Assembly (NCBI GenBank): GCA_963765485.1
Contig: CAVXWN010000025.1
Coordinates: 9,273 to 73,272 of the forward strand
Direction of reading: 5' to 3'
DNA from: an uncultured Acidobacteriota bacterium
Lineage (GTDB): Bacteria; Acidobacteriota; Terriglobia; UBA7540
DNA length: 64,000 nucleotides
In this document: one piece after another, positions 1 to 9,786 of the stretch
Layout: every line of letters starts with the position of its first letter
Position numbering within the stretch: position 1 is the stretch's first letter
The notes under the pieces: model-generated
Told to the model about the DNA's origin: nothing
Seen by the model: the letters and a program-made list of their open reading frames with translations, nothing else
The model's database searches: none
Translations under genes and position numbers: made by a program

Positions 1-485
1 TAAATATGGGACTGGGTGAAGCCATCCAGAACGCCAAGCTGCTGGACTCCGCCACTCAAGAGTTGGGCCAAATTGCCGGCCAAAAGCCGGTGATTACTCG
101 GGCGCGGAAGTCCATTGCGAATTTCAAACTGCGCAAGAACATGCCGATCGGGGCCATGGTGACTCTGCGGGGCGACAGGATGTATGAGTTCTTTGACCGC
201 CTCACCAGCGTTACGCTGCCGCGCGTGCGCGATTTCAGAGGGCTCTCGACTCGCGCCTTCGACGGTCGCGGGAACTATACCCTCGGCCTTCGCGATCAAT
301 TGGTTTTCCCCGAGATTGACTACGCGAAGGTGGAAAAAGTCAAGGGATTGAACATTTCTATCGTTACTGATGCCCGGACTGATGCAGAAGCTATGGCACT
401 GCTCCGGCACCTGGGGATGCCTTTCCGGTCGGAGGCACAGCGCCGGCAAGCCGCCGCGCAGCAAACCGAAAAGGCAGGGGGTTAA
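1..485 (+). CDS. rplE: 50S ribosomal protein L5 (5' end outside window)
   Basis: The frame is open to the window edge. The conserved L5 core ([56 protein letters not shown]) is present, and S14-S8-L6 follow in canonical order. Confidence 0.95.
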   Translation, partial: NMGLGEAIQNAKLLDSATQELGQIAGQKPVITRARKSIANFKLRKNMPIGAMVTLRGDRMYEFFDRLTSVTLPRVRDFRGLSTRAFDGRGNYTLGLRDQLVFPEIDYAKVEKVKGLNISIVTDARTDAEAMALLRHLGMPFRSEAQRRQAAAQQTEKAGG

Positions 486-488
486 TTC

Positions 489-674
489 GTGGCGCGTTCC
501 TCGATGATGGCCAAATTACGCAGGAAGCCGAAGTTCAAGATCCGGCATAGGAATCGCTGCCTGATTTGCGGGCGGCCTCGCGGATACCTCGGCAAATTCA
601 AGATGTGTCGTCTGTGTTTCCGGCAACTGGCGCTTAGGGGTGACATCCCGGGTGTTGTCAAGTCAAGCTGGTAG
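489..674 (+). CDS. rpsN: 30S ribosomal protein S14, short zinc-binding (type Z) form
   Basis: 61 aa with a GTG start 4 nt after the L5 stop. Two CxxC pairs are present (CLICGRPRG...CRLC) with a C-terminal KSSW, and the gene sits between L5 and S8. Confidence 0.93.
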   Translation: MARSSMMAKLRRKPKFKIRHRNRCLICGRPRGYLGKFKMCRLCFRQLALRGDIPGVVKSSW

Positions 675-715
675 CCCGGGACATTTGAAGAAGTAATCCA
701 GATTTTGGGAGTGTT

Positions 716-1117
716 ATGGCAGCCGTGACAGATTCCATTGCGGACATGCTCACTCGGATTCGAAACGGGATTCAAGCCCGGCACCAGCGAGTTGACATGC
801 CCTCCTCGAGACTAAAAACCGAAGTTGCGCGCATTTTGAAAGAGGAGGGTTACATCAGCAACTTCAAAGTGAGTGAGGATGGCAAGAAGAAAGTTTTGAG
901 AGTTGTTCTCCGCTATGGGGCGGACGGGGAGAACGTCATCACGAAGCTGGATCGTGTCTCTAGGCCCGGACGGCGAGTTTACGTCGGAGCCCAGGAAATC
1001 CCCCGGGTGCAGGGGGGGCTGGCAATAAACATCCTCACCACCCCACGTGGGGTGATGACCGGGAGACAGGCCCGTAGAGCCGGCGTGGGAGGCGAGATCC
1101 TCTGCATCGTATCCTAG
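716..1117 (+). CDS. rpsH: 30S ribosomal protein S8
   Basis: 133 aa beginning MAAVTDSIADMLTRIRNG, as in S8, and ending GGEILCIVS. Operon position is canonical. Confidence 0.95.
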   Translation: MAAVTDSIADMLTRIRNGIQARHQRVDMPSSRLKTEVARILKEEGYISNFKVSEDGKKKVLRVVLRYGADGENVITKLDRVSRPGRRVYVGAQEIPRVQGGLAINILTTPRGVMTGRQARRAGVGGEILCIVS

Positions 1118-1267
1118 TGGAGCTTTCTTTCGCCGTGTGGCGTGACGAAGTGTTAGGAACCTGAGAGAAGAAGTGTGCCGGTCAGCAGGCGCGGGACCGG
1201 GACGAGCCGCCCTGAACGGGCGCTGCAGATACCGTGTCCGGGACCGGACCCTTTTGGAATAGAGATT

Positions 1268-1825
1268 ATGTCAAGAATTGGTACAAAGCCTGTTCAAGTG
1301 CCGTCCGGCATAACGCTGCAGCCGGACGGAGAATGTATGGTGGTAAAGGGACCAAAAGGAACCCTCAGGGTGCCAATACCGCCCGGTGTCCACTTCGAGA
1401 AGCAGGACGACCATTACGTGGTCAAACGGGAGCGCAGCGAGCAGGCGGCATTGCACGGCTTGGCTCGCAGCCTCCTGGCCAACGCGGTGCGGGGCGTTGC
1501 CCAGGGCTTTGAAAAGCACCTGGACATTGTGGGGATTGGATACCGCGCGGAGGTCAAAGGTAAATCCGTGGTGTTTACCCTCGGTTATTCGCATCCCATC
1601 GAGATGCCCATCCCGGAGGGGCTGTCCATCACCGTGGAAAAGCAGACCCATATTGTGATCACCGGCGCGGACAAACAGCGAGTAGGTCAAGTGGCGGCAG
1701 ACATTCGTGCCTTGCGGCCGCCCGATCCGTACAAGAACAAGGGTATCCGTTACACCGGAGAGCGGCTGAAGAAGAAGGTCGGCAAGGCGGCAGCGGCCGC
1801 GGGGGGCGCTGCGAAAGCTGGGTGA
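1268..1825 (+). CDS. rplF: 50S ribosomal protein L6
   Basis: The track ORF 1175..1825 was trimmed to the internal ATG at 1268, where [17 protein letters not shown] is the typical L6 N-terminus. The KNKGIRY motif lies near the C-terminus. Confidence 0.9.
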   Translation: MSRIGTKPVQVPSGITLQPDGECMVVKGPKGTLRVPIPPGVHFEKQDDHYVVKRERSEQAALHGLARSLLANAVRGVAQGFEKHLDIVGIGYRAEVKGKSVVFTLGYSHPIEMPIPEGLSITVEKQTHIVITGADKQRVGQVAADIRALRPPDPYKNKGIRYTGERLKKKVGKAAAAAGGAAKAG

Positions 1826-1853
1826 TTAGAGGGAGTTTGGCGGAGAGCGCAAT

Positions 1854-2222
1854 ATGCTGCAGATGGTTTCCAAGGATACAGTGCGCCGGCGGATTCACGC
1901 CCGAATCCGAACGCGAATGTATGGCCGGACGCAACTGCCACGGCTTAATGTTTTCCGGTCCAATAATCACATCTATGCGCAGATTATTGACGATACCCAG
2001 GGGCAGACGCTGGTGTCCGCTTCCACCCGGGACAAGGAAGTCCGGGCGACGCTGAAGACCGGTGGAAACATCGCCGCCGCAAAGGTTGTGGGACAGGCTC
2101 TGGCAAAGCGCGCGACTGCAGCCGGAATCTCGCGCGTGGTGTTCGACCGTGGCGGGTACGCCTATCACGGGCGGATAAAGGCCCTGGCCGATGTGGCGCG
2201 CGAAGCAGGACTCAAATTTTAG
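1854..2222 (+). CDS. rplR: 50S ribosomal protein L18
   Basis: 122 aa with the conserved motif [19 protein letters not shown] and a C-terminal [28 protein letters not shown]. Confidence 0.95.
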   Translation: MLQMVSKDTVRRRIHARIRTRMYGRTQLPRLNVFRSNNHIYAQIIDDTQGQTLVSASTRDKEVRATLKTGGNIAAAKVVGQALAKRATAAGISRVVFDRGGYAYHGRIKALADVAREAGLKF

Positions 2223-2245
2223 AGGCGATTGCGGGGAGGCAAGCG

Positions 2246-2743
2246 TTGGCAAATCGGATTGACTCGAACGCGCTGCAGCTCAAGGATCAAGTGGTTTCCA
2301 TCAACCGCGTCACCAAGGTGGTCAAGGGTGGCAAGAACCTGAGCTTTTCAGCGCTCGTGGTGGTTGGCGACGGTGCGGGAACAGTGGGTTATGGGTCGGG
2401 CAAGGCCCGCGAAGTCCCGATGGCTATCCGCAAGGGCATCGAATCCGCTAAGAAGGCGCTCGTCAGGATCAATGTAACCGCGACGTCTATCCCGCACGGC
2501 GTGATTGGGCATTACGGCGCCGGCAAGGTTCTGCTAAAGCCCGCCCCGGCCGGAACCGGAGTCATCGCAGGAGGCGCGGTCCGCGCTGTCGTTGAGGCAG
2601 CAGGAATTCAGAACGTATTGACGAAGTCGCTGGGGACCACCAATCCGCACAACGTAGTCAAGGCGACCATGGATGCCCTTCTCCAGCTTCGCAGCTCGGA
2701 GGAAGTGGCGGCGATGCGGGGCAAGACCGTGGCAGAACTTTAG
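2246..2743 (+). CDS. rpsE: 30S ribosomal protein S5
   Basis: TTG start preceded by GGGGAGG. Contains [25 protein letters not shown] and the [13 protein letters not shown] motifs. Confidence 0.95.
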   Translation: MANRIDSNALQLKDQVVSINRVTKVVKGGKNLSFSALVVVGDGAGTVGYGSGKAREVPMAIRKGIESAKKALVRINVTATSIPHGVIGHYGAGKVLLKPAPAGTGVIAGGAVRAVVEAAGIQNVLTKSLGTTNPHNVVKATMDALLQLRSSEEVAAMRGKTVAEL

Positions 2744-2758
2744 AGAGGTCAAGAAACA

Positions 2759-3280
2759 GTGTCGGACAATGCTCAAAGAACCATCCGCATCAAGTGGGTC
2801 CGCAGCGGGATAGGCTTCACCTACCACCAGAAGCGTATCGTTCAAAGTCTGGGGCTAAGAAAGTTGAACCAGGAAGTTGAAAGACCGGACACGCCCCAGA
2901 TTCGTGGTTTGGTCGCGAAGGTTCCCCATTTGGTAAGTGTTGTTAAAGTAGCCCCGAAACCGGCGTGGATGTCTGTGCCGGAGTATACCGTTTACCCGCC
3001 GAAAGCTCGGCCATCGGAACAGGCTGAACCCACCTCTGAAAGTCCTGCGGTCCAAACTGAGAAGGCCGAGGGTAACGCGATGGGTGGTGTGACGGCCGGT
3101 CAAGCGGCCTCCACTGAAGAGGAGCAACCTGTGGGGGCTCAGGCAGCTCCCGAAGCTGCCAGTGAGCCAACCGGGGCTTTGGCTGTGACAGACGCAACGG
3201 AGTCTGCAGACGCCAGCGGGAAAGAAAGTGCAGAAGCAGTTAAAGAGGCTTCTCCGGAGGAGGGCGAGCCTAAAGCTTGA
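2759..3280 (+). CDS. rpmD: 50S ribosomal protein L30 with a ~110-aa low-complexity C-terminal extension
   Basis: Residues 1-64 (IRIKWVRSGIGFTYHQKRIVQSLGLRKLNQEVERPDTPQIRGLVAKVPHLVSVV) form a complete L30 fold-length core. The frame then continues for a further 109 residues rich in A/E/P/S/T before the TGA at 3278. Confidence 0.85.
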   Translation: MSDNAQRTIRIKWVRSGIGFTYHQKRIVQSLGLRKLNQEVERPDTPQIRGLVAKVPHLVSVVKVAPKPAWMSVPEYTVYPPKARPSEQAEPTSESPAVQTEKAEGNAMGGVTAGQAASTEEEQPVGAQAAPEAASEPTGALAVTDATESADASGKESAEAVKEASPEEGEPKA

Positions 3281-3300
3281 ACGTAGCAGGCAACTACCAT

Positions 3301-3753
3301 ATGGCGACACATATTGGAACACTTCGCCCACCTCGTGGCGCAAGGAAGCGGTCCAAACGGATCGGCCAGGGGATGGGTTCAGGCCACGGCAAAACCGCCA
3401 CACGCGGCGCAAAAGGGCAACGGTCGAGGACTGGGGCGAGGATGCGCCCTGGGTTTGAGGGCGGGCAGATGCCCCTGCATCGGCGCCTTCCCAAACGAGG
3501 CTTTACCAACATATTCAAGAAGCGTTACGCGCTAGTGAACCTCGGGGATCTTAAGGACTTTACCCCCGACGAGACGATTACTCCCGATCTTCTCATTCAA
3601 CGCGGCTATATCAAGAAGCTTGGAGACGGCTTGAAGATCCTTGCTGATGGCGAGTTGAAAGTCGCGCTCAAGATTGCGGCCCACCACTTTTCGAAATCCG
3701 CACTGGAAAAGATTCAAAAGGCAGGGGGGACGGCTGAGGTTATTCCCGCATGA
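3301..3753 (+). CDS. rplO: 50S ribosomal protein L15
   Basis: The RKRSKRIGQGMGSGHGKTATRGAKGQ motif is present. ATG 3301 was chosen over the upstream TTG 3277 of the track ORF because it gives the usual L15 N-terminal length. Confidence 0.9.
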   Translation: MATHIGTLRPPRGARKRSKRIGQGMGSGHGKTATRGAKGQRSRTGARMRPGFEGGQMPLHRRLPKRGFTNIFKKRYALVNLGDLKDFTPDETITPDLLIQRGYIKKLGDGLKILADGELKVALKIAAHHFSKSALEKIQKAGGTAEVIPA

Positions 3754-5162
3754 TGGAGTCCCTCAAGAGCATCTTTGAGATTCCGGATCTCCGGAAGCGC
3801 ATCCTTTTTACTCTCGCGCATGCTTGCGGTGTATCGTCTCGGCGCCTTCATACCGACGCCCGGCATCAATGCCGATGTCTTTGAGCAACTGTTTAATCAG
3901 TCAGTTTGGAGGCGGCCTTTTTGGATTGCTGGCCATGTTTTCCGGCGGCAGCTTGCGCCGCCTGACGGTTTTTGCGTTGGGAATCATGCCGTACATCACG
4001 GCGTCTATCATTCTCCAATTGTTGACCGTCGTTTCGCCCCACCTTGGAAAAGCTGAAGAAGGAAGGGGACCTGGGTCGGCGAAAGATTACCGAGTACACG
4101 CGCTGGCTCACCGTCGGCCTGAGTGCGTTCCAGGGATTTGGCATTGCGGTCGCCCTTCAAAAGCAGACTGCCCAGGGTGTGCAGTTGGTCACGAACCCCG
4201 GACCTGGATTTGTATTCGCGACGGTCCTGACGCTCACCACGGGTTCAGTCTTCATCATGTGGTTGGGCGAGCAGATTACCTTGCGGGGAATCGGTAACGG
4301 CATGTCGTTGCTCATTTTCGCCGGTATCGTGGTCGGTTTGCCGCGCGGCGTGGCTGACCTTTATGAAAAGGTCTTCGTCACGCGCATATGGAGTTTTCCG
4401 GTCCTCCTGCTGTTGCTGGTATTCATGGTGGCGATTGTCGGCTTCATTGTCCTGGTGGAACGTGGAGAGCGGCGCATTCCCATCCAGTACGCGAAGCGGG
4501 TCATAGGCCGGAAGGTGATGGGTGGTGTCTCAACCCACCTTCCGCTGAAAGTGAACAGCGGCGGCGTGATGCCCATCATTTTCGCCGTCTCGATTCTCAC
4601 TTTCCCGCAAACGGTGGGTTTGTTCCTGTCCAAGAGCAGTCTTTTGGGGAGTTTAATCGCAAAGTTCGTCAGCCTCTTTGCCTGGGGTGAGCCCCTATAT
4701 ACCTTCAGCTATGTGGTCTTGATAATGTTTTTTGCTCACTTTTACCTTTCGATTGTCTACAACCCCGACGAAGTAGCTGATAACGTTCGCAAGCAAGGTG
4801 GCTTCATTCCCGGCATTCGCCCGGGCAAGCGCACGGCTGATCATCTGGATGATGTCCTCACCAAGATTACCTGGGTAGGCGGGCTGTATTTGGCCTTGGT
4901 CGCATTGATCCCGGAGGTCATGCTTGCGGGCCTGCGTGTTAACCATTTGCCGGCCTGGCTCGGAGGAGCGTGGTTTGACGCCAACCTTCCCACCTGGGTG
5001 CTCCACGGCCTGAACGTGAATTTCTACTTCGGCGGGACTTCGCTATTGATCGTCGTGGGCGTCGCCATGGACACTGTTCAGCAGGTCGAAGCGCAGTTGA
5101 TTATGCGCCATTACGAAGGCTTTCTGAAAAAGGGACGTGTCCGAGGCCGGAGAGCTTACTGA
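3750..5162 (+). pseudogene. secY: preprotein translocase SecY, frame interrupted three times as sequenced (probably a consensus artefact)
   Basis: The ATG at 3750 overlaps the rplO stop (ATGA). The SecY sequence runs through four frames. Frame 0 gives [23 protein letters not shown]. Frame +1 gives [28 protein letters not shown]. Frame +2 gives [47 protein letters not shown]. Frame 0 resumes with [19 protein letters not shown] and runs to 5162. The extra bases are near 3819, 3904 and 4046. Confidence 0.9.
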
Positions 5163-5181
5163 GACTGGAAAGAAAACGCGG

Positions 5182-5838
5182 ATGAGATCGCAAGCCGTAA
5201 TATTGCTGGGCGCTCCCGGGGCGGGAAAGGGCACCCAGGCGCGCGAAATCTGCAAACACTTCTCCATCCCGCAGATTTCGACTGGCGATATGCTGCGGGA
5301 AGCGGTGCGAAATCGGACTTCCCTAGGACTTGCCGCAAAGGCTAGAATGGAAGCGGGGCAGTTGGTTCCGGACGAGGTCGTCTGCGGCATTGTTGAGGAA
5401 AGGATCGGCCAGCCTGATTGCCAGGGAGGATTCATCCTGGATGGGTTTCCTCGCACCATCGCGCAGGCAGAGTTCGTGGACAGGGTGTTGCAGGCCAACG
5501 GGAAGGGAAATCCCCTGGTGCTTAATGTCAATGTTGACCAGGATTTGCTTCTCAAACGGCTGACCGGACGCCGCACTTGCGCAGTTTGTGGCGAGATCTA
5601 CAACGTTTACTTCAGCCCTCCCCGAGGTGCGGGCATATGCGACAAGGATGGCGGGAGGCTCTTGCAGCGGGCGGATGACAACGAGGCGACCATTCGCGAG
5701 CGGTTGGTCGCCTACGAGAAGCAGACAAGTCCCCTGATCGACTATTACCGGCGGAGGGGCGTTCTTTATGAAGTAGACGGCAACAGGGGGCCGGAGCCCA
5801 TTGCGAAGGAACTGATCGATTTTTTGGGGAAGGCATGA
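5182..5838 (+). CDS. adk: adenylate kinase (zinc-lid type)
   Basis: The internal ATG 5182 gives MRSQAVILLGAPGAGKGTQA (P-loop). The lid is CAVCGEIYN...ICDKDGG. The gene sits between secY and map. Confidence 0.92.
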   Translation: MRSQAVILLGAPGAGKGTQAREICKHFSIPQISTGDMLREAVRNRTSLGLAAKARMEAGQLVPDEVVCGIVEERIGQPDCQGGFILDGFPRTIAQAEFVDRVLQANGKGNPLVLNVNVDQDLLLKRLTGRRTCAVCGEIYNVYFSPPRGAGICDKDGGRLLQRADDNEATIRERLVAYEKQTSPLIDYYRRRGVLYEVDGNRGPEPIAKELIDFLGKA

Positions 5839-6581
5839 TCATTTGCAAATCACCCGCTGAAATTGAAAAGCTCAGGCGTAGCGGGGGGGTGGTAAGAGGA
5901 CTGCTAGAAGAACTTCGGGAGTTGGTGCGGCCTGGAGTCAGGACGTTGGATTTGGAGAAGTACATCGAGAAACGCACAGCCCAATTGGGCGCGCGGCCTG
6001 CGTTCAAAGGCTACAGGGGTTACCCGTGCTGTTTGTGCGCTTCGGCCAATAGTGAAATCATCCATGGGATTCCATCAGAGCGCCGCCTCAAGGCAGGCGA
6101 TATACTCAGTTTGGATATGGGCGTGGTGGTGGATGGATACTATGGCGACGCGGCGATAACCGTGCCAGTGGGAGAGATTTCAGAGTCGACACAAAGGCTG
6201 CTGCGGGTGACCGAGGAATCGTTGCAACTTGCTATAGACAAGGTACGGCTCGGAAGTCGGTTAGGGGATGTGTCGGCTACAGTTCAGCGCCACGTTGAGG
6301 GAAACGGGTATTCTGTGGTCAGAGAGTTCGTGGGTCACGGCATTGGGCGTCTGCTCCATGAGGAGCCGCAGATCCCCAACTTCGGTCAGATGGGACACGG
6401 ACCTGTGCTCAAGGAAGGAATGGTTCTGGCAATCGAACCGATGGTTAATGCGGGCCGACCGGAGGTTCGAGTCCTTGCCGACAACTGGACGGCGGTGACC
6501 GCGGACGGGACACTGTCCGCCCACTTCGAGCACATGGTGGCTGTAACCGACAACGGTCCCGATATATTGACGCTGCAGTAG
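5835..6581 (+). CDS. map: type I methionine aminopeptidase
   Basis: ATGA overlap with the adk stop. Metal-ligand motifs are present ([31 protein letters not shown]). Confidence 0.93.
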   Translation: MIICKSPAEIEKLRRSGGVVRGLLEELRELVRPGVRTLDLEKYIEKRTAQLGARPAFKGYRGYPCCLCASANSEIIHGIPSERRLKAGDILSLDMGVVVDGYYGDAAITVPVGEISESTQRLLRVTEESLQLAIDKVRLGSRLGDVSATVQRHVEGNGYSVVREFVGHGIGRLLHEEPQIPNFGQMGHGPVLKEGMVLAIEPMVNAGRPEVRVLADNWTAVTADGTLSAHFEHMVAVTDNGPDILTLQ

Positions 6582-6640
6582 CTTGGTTCTCATCTGCCTC
6601 ATGGAATGGGGCAGGACTTGATGAGGTCCTTTTTGCAAGT

Positions 6641-6859
6641 ATGGCTAAGGAAGATGCAATAGAAGTTGTGGCGACGGTCCTGGAGGCCTTACCGAACGCC
6701 ATGTTCCGCGTGGAGCTGGATAATAAACATCAGGTTCTGGCGCACATCTCGGGTAAAATGCGGAAGAACTTCATCCGCATTCTTCCCGGTGACAAAGTCG
6801 CCGTGGAGCTTTCGCCCTACGACCTGACGCGCGGGCGGATTGTGTTCCGGTACAAGTGA
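6641..6859 (+). CDS. infA: translation initiation factor IF-1
   Basis: 72 aa: [72 protein letters not shown]. Confidence 0.96.
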   Translation: MAKEDAIEVVATVLEALPNAMFRVELDNKHQVLAHISGKMRKNFIRILPGDKVAVELSPYDLTRGRIVFRYK

Positions 6860-6956
6860 CTCTCCTGCCGCCGGACCGCGTTGCAGGGGGGGTGCCGCGT
6901 GATGTGCCGAAGCGGCCCGGCCAGGAGGGACCAAGAGCTTCAAGGCGAGGTAATTT

Positions 6957-7070
6957 ATGAAGGTCCGTTCGTCGGTCAAGAGGATCTGTTCGAAGTGCAA
7001 GATTGTGCGCCGTGCTGGCGTTGTGAGGGTGATCTGCGAAAACCCGAAGCACAAGCAACGGCAGGGATGA
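6957..7070 (+). CDS. rpmJ: 50S ribosomal protein L36 (too short for the ORF track)
   Basis: Hand translation gives [37 protein letters not shown] (37 aa, CxxC...C..H zinc form). GAGG lies upstream of the ATG. The gene sits in the canonical slot between infA and rpsM. Confidence 0.9.
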   Translation: MKVRSSVKRICSKCKIVRRAGVVRVICENPKHKQRQG

Positions 7071-7074
7071 CTTT

Positions 7075-7120
7075 GAAAATCGAAAATGGAAACTCGAAAC
7101 TCGTTTGGGTTTCGATTTTT
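7075..7120 (+). promoter_or_regulatory. structured rpmJ-rpsM intergenic leader (heptad repeats forming a hairpin)
   Basis: Four tandem heptads (GAAAATC GAAAATG GAAACTC GAAACTC) occupy 7075-7102. Segment 7075-7085 pairs with 7110-7120 (tttcgattttt) over 11 bp including one G-U. GAGG and the rpsM GTG follow. Confidence 0.4.
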
Positions 7121-7149
7121 GACTTTCAGTTTCAACTTTCGAGGTGAAA

Positions 7150-7536
7150 GTGGCACGCATTGCAGGTATCGACTTGCCGCCCAAGAAAAGGGCGGAAATT
7201 GGCCTAACGTACATTTACGGTATTGGCCGAGCGCGCTCAATGTCCATTCTGATGCGTGCCGGAGTCTCCCCGGATAAGAAGGTCAAGGATTTGAGTGAAG
7301 ACGAGATTACGAGGATCCGCCAAACCATTGAAGAGGATGGCGGGGTGGAAGGCGACCTCCGGAAAGAGCTGGCGATGAACGTCCGGAGGCTCATCGAAAT
7401 CGGCTCTTACCGCGGTATGCGCCATCGGCGGAGTCTTCCGGTGCGGGGACAGCGCACGCACACCAATGCGCGCACCCGCAAGGGACCGCGAAAAGGCACC
7501 ATCGCCAATAAGAAGCGGTCTATGGCCAAGACCTAG
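7150..7536 (+). CDS. rpsM: 30S ribosomal protein S13
   Basis: GTG 7150 gives (M)[13 protein letters not shown], the usual S13 start, 5 nt after GAGG. The track ORF starts two codons earlier at 7144. Confidence 0.93.
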   Translation: MARIAGIDLPPKKRAEIGLTYIYGIGRARSMSILMRAGVSPDKKVKDLSEDEITRIRQTIEEDGGVEGDLRKELAMNVRRLIEIGSYRGMRHRRSLPVRGQRTHTNARTRKGPRKGTIANKKRSMAKT

Positions 7537-7553
7537 CAGGATAGTGAGGTTTC

Positions 7554-7961
7554 ATGGCGAAAGCTGCAGCAAAGGCAGGCAAGAAAAAGGTTTTCAAGAA
7601 GAAGGAAAAGCGGATCGTCCCGGTGGGAGTCGTCCACATTCAGGCGTCGTTCAACAATACTCTGGTGAGTATCACCGACCCTGATGGGAAGCTGGTCTGC
7701 TGGTCCAGTGCGGGTTCGCTGGGCTTCAAGGGTTCGCGCAAAGGGACACCCTTTGCTGCCCAGCAAGCTGCCCTGAGGGTGGCCAACGCTGCGCGTGATC
7801 ACGGAATGCGAAGCGTAGAGGTCCGAGTGAAGGGGCCGGGTTCCGGCCGGGAATCGGCGATTCGCGCGCTGGCGACTGCGGGCTTGGAGGTCCGACACAT
7901 CAGGGACGTGACACCCATACCGCATAACGGGTGCAGGCCGCCCAAGCGCAGGAGGGTGTAA
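7554..7961 (+). CDS. rpsK: 30S ribosomal protein S11
   Basis: 135 aa containing [19 protein letters not shown] and ending [20 protein letters not shown]. Confidence 0.95.
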   Translation: MAKAAAKAGKKKVFKKKEKRIVPVGVVHIQASFNNTLVSITDPDGKLVCWSSAGSLGFKGSRKGTPFAAQQAALRVANAARDHGMRSVEVRVKGPGSGRESAIRALATAGLEVRHIRDVTPIPHNGCRPPKRRRV

Positions 7962-7965
7962 GTGC

Positions 7966-8034
7966 AGCGACAAGTGACAAGAACCAGGTATCATCGCAAA
8001 TCCGCGATGGCAAGTCTACCCGTCACCTGTCGCT
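7966..8034 (+). promoter_or_regulatory. long-range stem enclosing a small hairpin immediately upstream of rpsD (candidate S4 autoregulatory leader)
   Basis: AGCGACAAGTGAC (7966-7978) is the reverse complement of GTCACCTGTCGCT (8022-8034) with one mismatch. An inner hairpin atcgc/gcgat lies at 7993-8008. AGGAGG and the rpsD TTG start follow about 30 nt downstream. Confidence 0.35.
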
Positions 8035-8067
8035 CATCACTCGTCACTGCTTTTGAAGGAGGTTGGA

Positions 8068-8700
8068 TTGGCACGATATCGCGAAGCAGTTTGTCGGCTC
8101 TGTCGGCGTGAGGGGACAAAGCTCTTTCTGAAGGGGCGCCGGTGCCTCACGGATAAGTGCGCAATTGAGAAGCGGAACTTCGCTCCGGGTCAGCATGGTA
8201 AGTCGCGCCGCCCAAAACTTATCGGCTACGGGCTCCAGCTTCGCGAGAAGCAGAAGGTTCGCCGACTTTACGGCATCCTGGAAGATCAATTCAGGGCCTA
8301 TTTTGAAAAGGCGGCGCGGATGCGGGGTGTGACGGGCGAGAACTTGTTGCTCATGCTCGAGCGGCGTTTAGACAACGTCATCTACCGCCTGGGCCTTGCC
8401 ACCTCACGCGCCCAGGCCCGGCAACTGGTTCGGCATGGTCACATCGAAGTTGCGGGACACAAAGTGAACATCCCGGCGTTCCGGGTTATGCCCGGGCAGG
8501 AAATCGCCGTCCGTGAGAAAGAGCCGGTAAATTGCCTGCTATCCGGACATGCCCTCGACTTGACGGGGAACAAGGGAGTTCCGCCCTGGTTGGAGATGAA
8601 CAGGGAAACGCTGAAGGCGAGGGTCATCTCTTTGCCTAAGCGCGAGGATGTGAACTTCCCGATCCAGGAACAGATGATCGTGGAACTTTACTCGAAGTGA
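8068..8700 (+). CDS. rpsD: 30S ribosomal protein S4
   Basis: TTG 8068, preceded by AGGAGG, gives (M)[22 protein letters not shown], the S4 N-terminal zinc-knuckle-like region. The track ORF starts five codons earlier. Confidence 0.92.
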   Translation: MARYREAVCRLCRREGTKLFLKGRRCLTDKCAIEKRNFAPGQHGKSRRPKLIGYGLQLREKQKVRRLYGILEDQFRAYFEKAARMRGVTGENLLLMLERRLDNVIYRLGLATSRAQARQLVRHGHIEVAGHKVNIPAFRVMPGQEIAVREKEPVNCLLSGHALDLTGNKGVPPWLEMNRETLKARVISLPKREDVNFPIQEQMIVELYSK

Positions 8701-8759
8701 GTTGGGCGGTAAGGATCAAGAGAGCCCGTCGGAGTCGGGCCTCAGGAGGTACGAGCGCA

Positions 8760-9770
8760 ATGCTTTGGAAAGGCTTTCAGAAACCGAAGCACCTGGTTTG
8801 TAACACGGATACACTGACCGACAAGTACGGCCAGTTCTCGGCCCAACCTTTTGAACGTGGGTTTGGGACCACCATCGGAAATGCCCTGCGCCGGGTGTTG
8901 CTTTCTTCCATCGAGGGAGCTGCCATTACGGCCGTGAAGATCGAGGGCGTCATGCACGAGTTCTCTTCCATCCCTGGGGTGGTGGAAGACGCAACGGACA
9001 TTATCCTGAACCTAAAGCAGATTCCTTTGAAGATGAACACAGAGGGCCCGAAGACCTTGCATCTGGATGTGGACAAGCAAGGGGAAGTGACATCCCGAAT
9101 GATCCAGGAAGATGCGGACGTGGAAATTCTCGATAAGGACGTTTATATCGCCACCGTCAGCGAAGGTGGAAGCCTGCACATCGAGATGCGCGTCAAGATC
9201 GGCCGGGGTTATGTCTCGGCGGAGAAGAATTTTGACGAAGATCTGCCCATCGGGTACATCCCCGTGGACTCCGTACACTCTCCCATCCGCAAGGTGAACT
9301 ACACCGTGGAGGCCGCCCGCCTGGGGCAGATGACCGACTATGACAAGCTGACCCTGGATGTCTGGACCAACGGCGCGGTCACACCGCAGGATGCAATTGG
9401 ATTGGCTGCCAAGCTTCTCAAAGATCACACAGCCATCTTTATTAACATTGAAGAAGAGCCCGAGGTGGAACATGCTCCCCATGAGAAGCCGGCCGCGGTT
9501 TATAACGAGAACCTGGATCGATCGGTCGAGGAGTTGGAGCTTTCGGTCCGATCTTATAACTGCCTCAAAAACGCGAACATTACTACCATCCGGGAACTGG
9601 TTCAGAAAACCGAGCAGGAGATGCTGAAGACCAAGAACTTTGGGCGAAAATCCTTGAATGAGATCAAGGAAATCCTCAGTGCGATGGGCCTGAGCCTTGG
9701 CATGAGAACTGACGAGAAGGGTAATCCCCTTGTACCGCCTGCTCAGGAGCCCCCACAACAACAAATTTAG
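8760..9770 (+). CDS. rpoA: DNA-directed RNA polymerase subunit alpha
   Basis: The internal ATG 8760 gives [12 protein letters not shown]...[34 protein letters not shown]. The C-terminal domain contains [23 protein letters not shown]. Confidence 0.95.
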   Translation: MLWKGFQKPKHLVCNTDTLTDKYGQFSAQPFERGFGTTIGNALRRVLLSSIEGAAITAVKIEGVMHEFSSIPGVVEDATDIILNLKQIPLKMNTEGPKTLHLDVDKQGEVTSRMIQEDADVEILDKDVYIATVSEGGSLHIEMRVKIGRGYVSAEKNFDEDLPIGYIPVDSVHSPIRKVNYTVEAARLGQMTDYDKLTLDVWTNGAVTPQDAIGLAAKLLKDHTAIFINIEEEPEVEHAPHEKPAAVYNENLDRSVEELELSVRSYNCLKNANITTIRELVQKTEQEMLKTKNFGRKSLNEIKEILSAMGLSLGMRTDEKGNPLVPPAQEPPQQQI

Positions 9771-9786
9771 GGTCAGGATTTGGAAG

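Noticed and set aside
1175-1267. N-terminal extensions of track ORFs for rplF (1175), adk (5137), rpsD (8053), rpoA (8697), rplQ (9730), DUF4337 (17301), AAA+ (24864), hydrolase (15084), ArsA (39888), bicupin (39740) and others
   Set aside because: Internal starts give the canonical family N-termini and have Shine-Dalgarno sequences. The extensions overlap upstream genes or are R/P/G-rich junk.
3750-4100. Programmed ribosomal frameshifting or transcriptional slippage as the explanation for the secY (and other) frame breaks
   Set aside because: There are no slippery heptamers, homopolymer tracts or downstream pseudoknot signals at the sites. Three consecutive programmed +1 events in an essential gene are implausible. 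Sequence error or true mutation is simpler.
7075-7102. Heptad repeats as a possible mini-CRISPR or VNTR
   Set aside because: There are only four 7-nt units with no spacers. They are better explained as one arm of a leader hairpin.
7150-7163. Sigma-54-like TGGCACGCATTGCA
   Set aside because: The GG-to-GC geometry is close, but the TTGC element is 2 nt too near the TGGCACG block relative to the consensus. The sequence also lies inside the first codons of rpsM.
9012-9764. 250-aa minus-strand ORF opposite rpoA. Similar antisense ORFs lie opposite htrA (14140-14727), the PilZ gene (28995-29570), the malectin gene (49900-50694), GH2 (47648-48310), MFS (58658-59317), the 2-hydroxyacid dehydrogenase (62597-63244) and the CN-hydrolase (33273-33905).
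   Set aside because: Each is fully contained in a strongly supported gene on the other strand and has no recognisable domain. They are GC-rich shadow frames.
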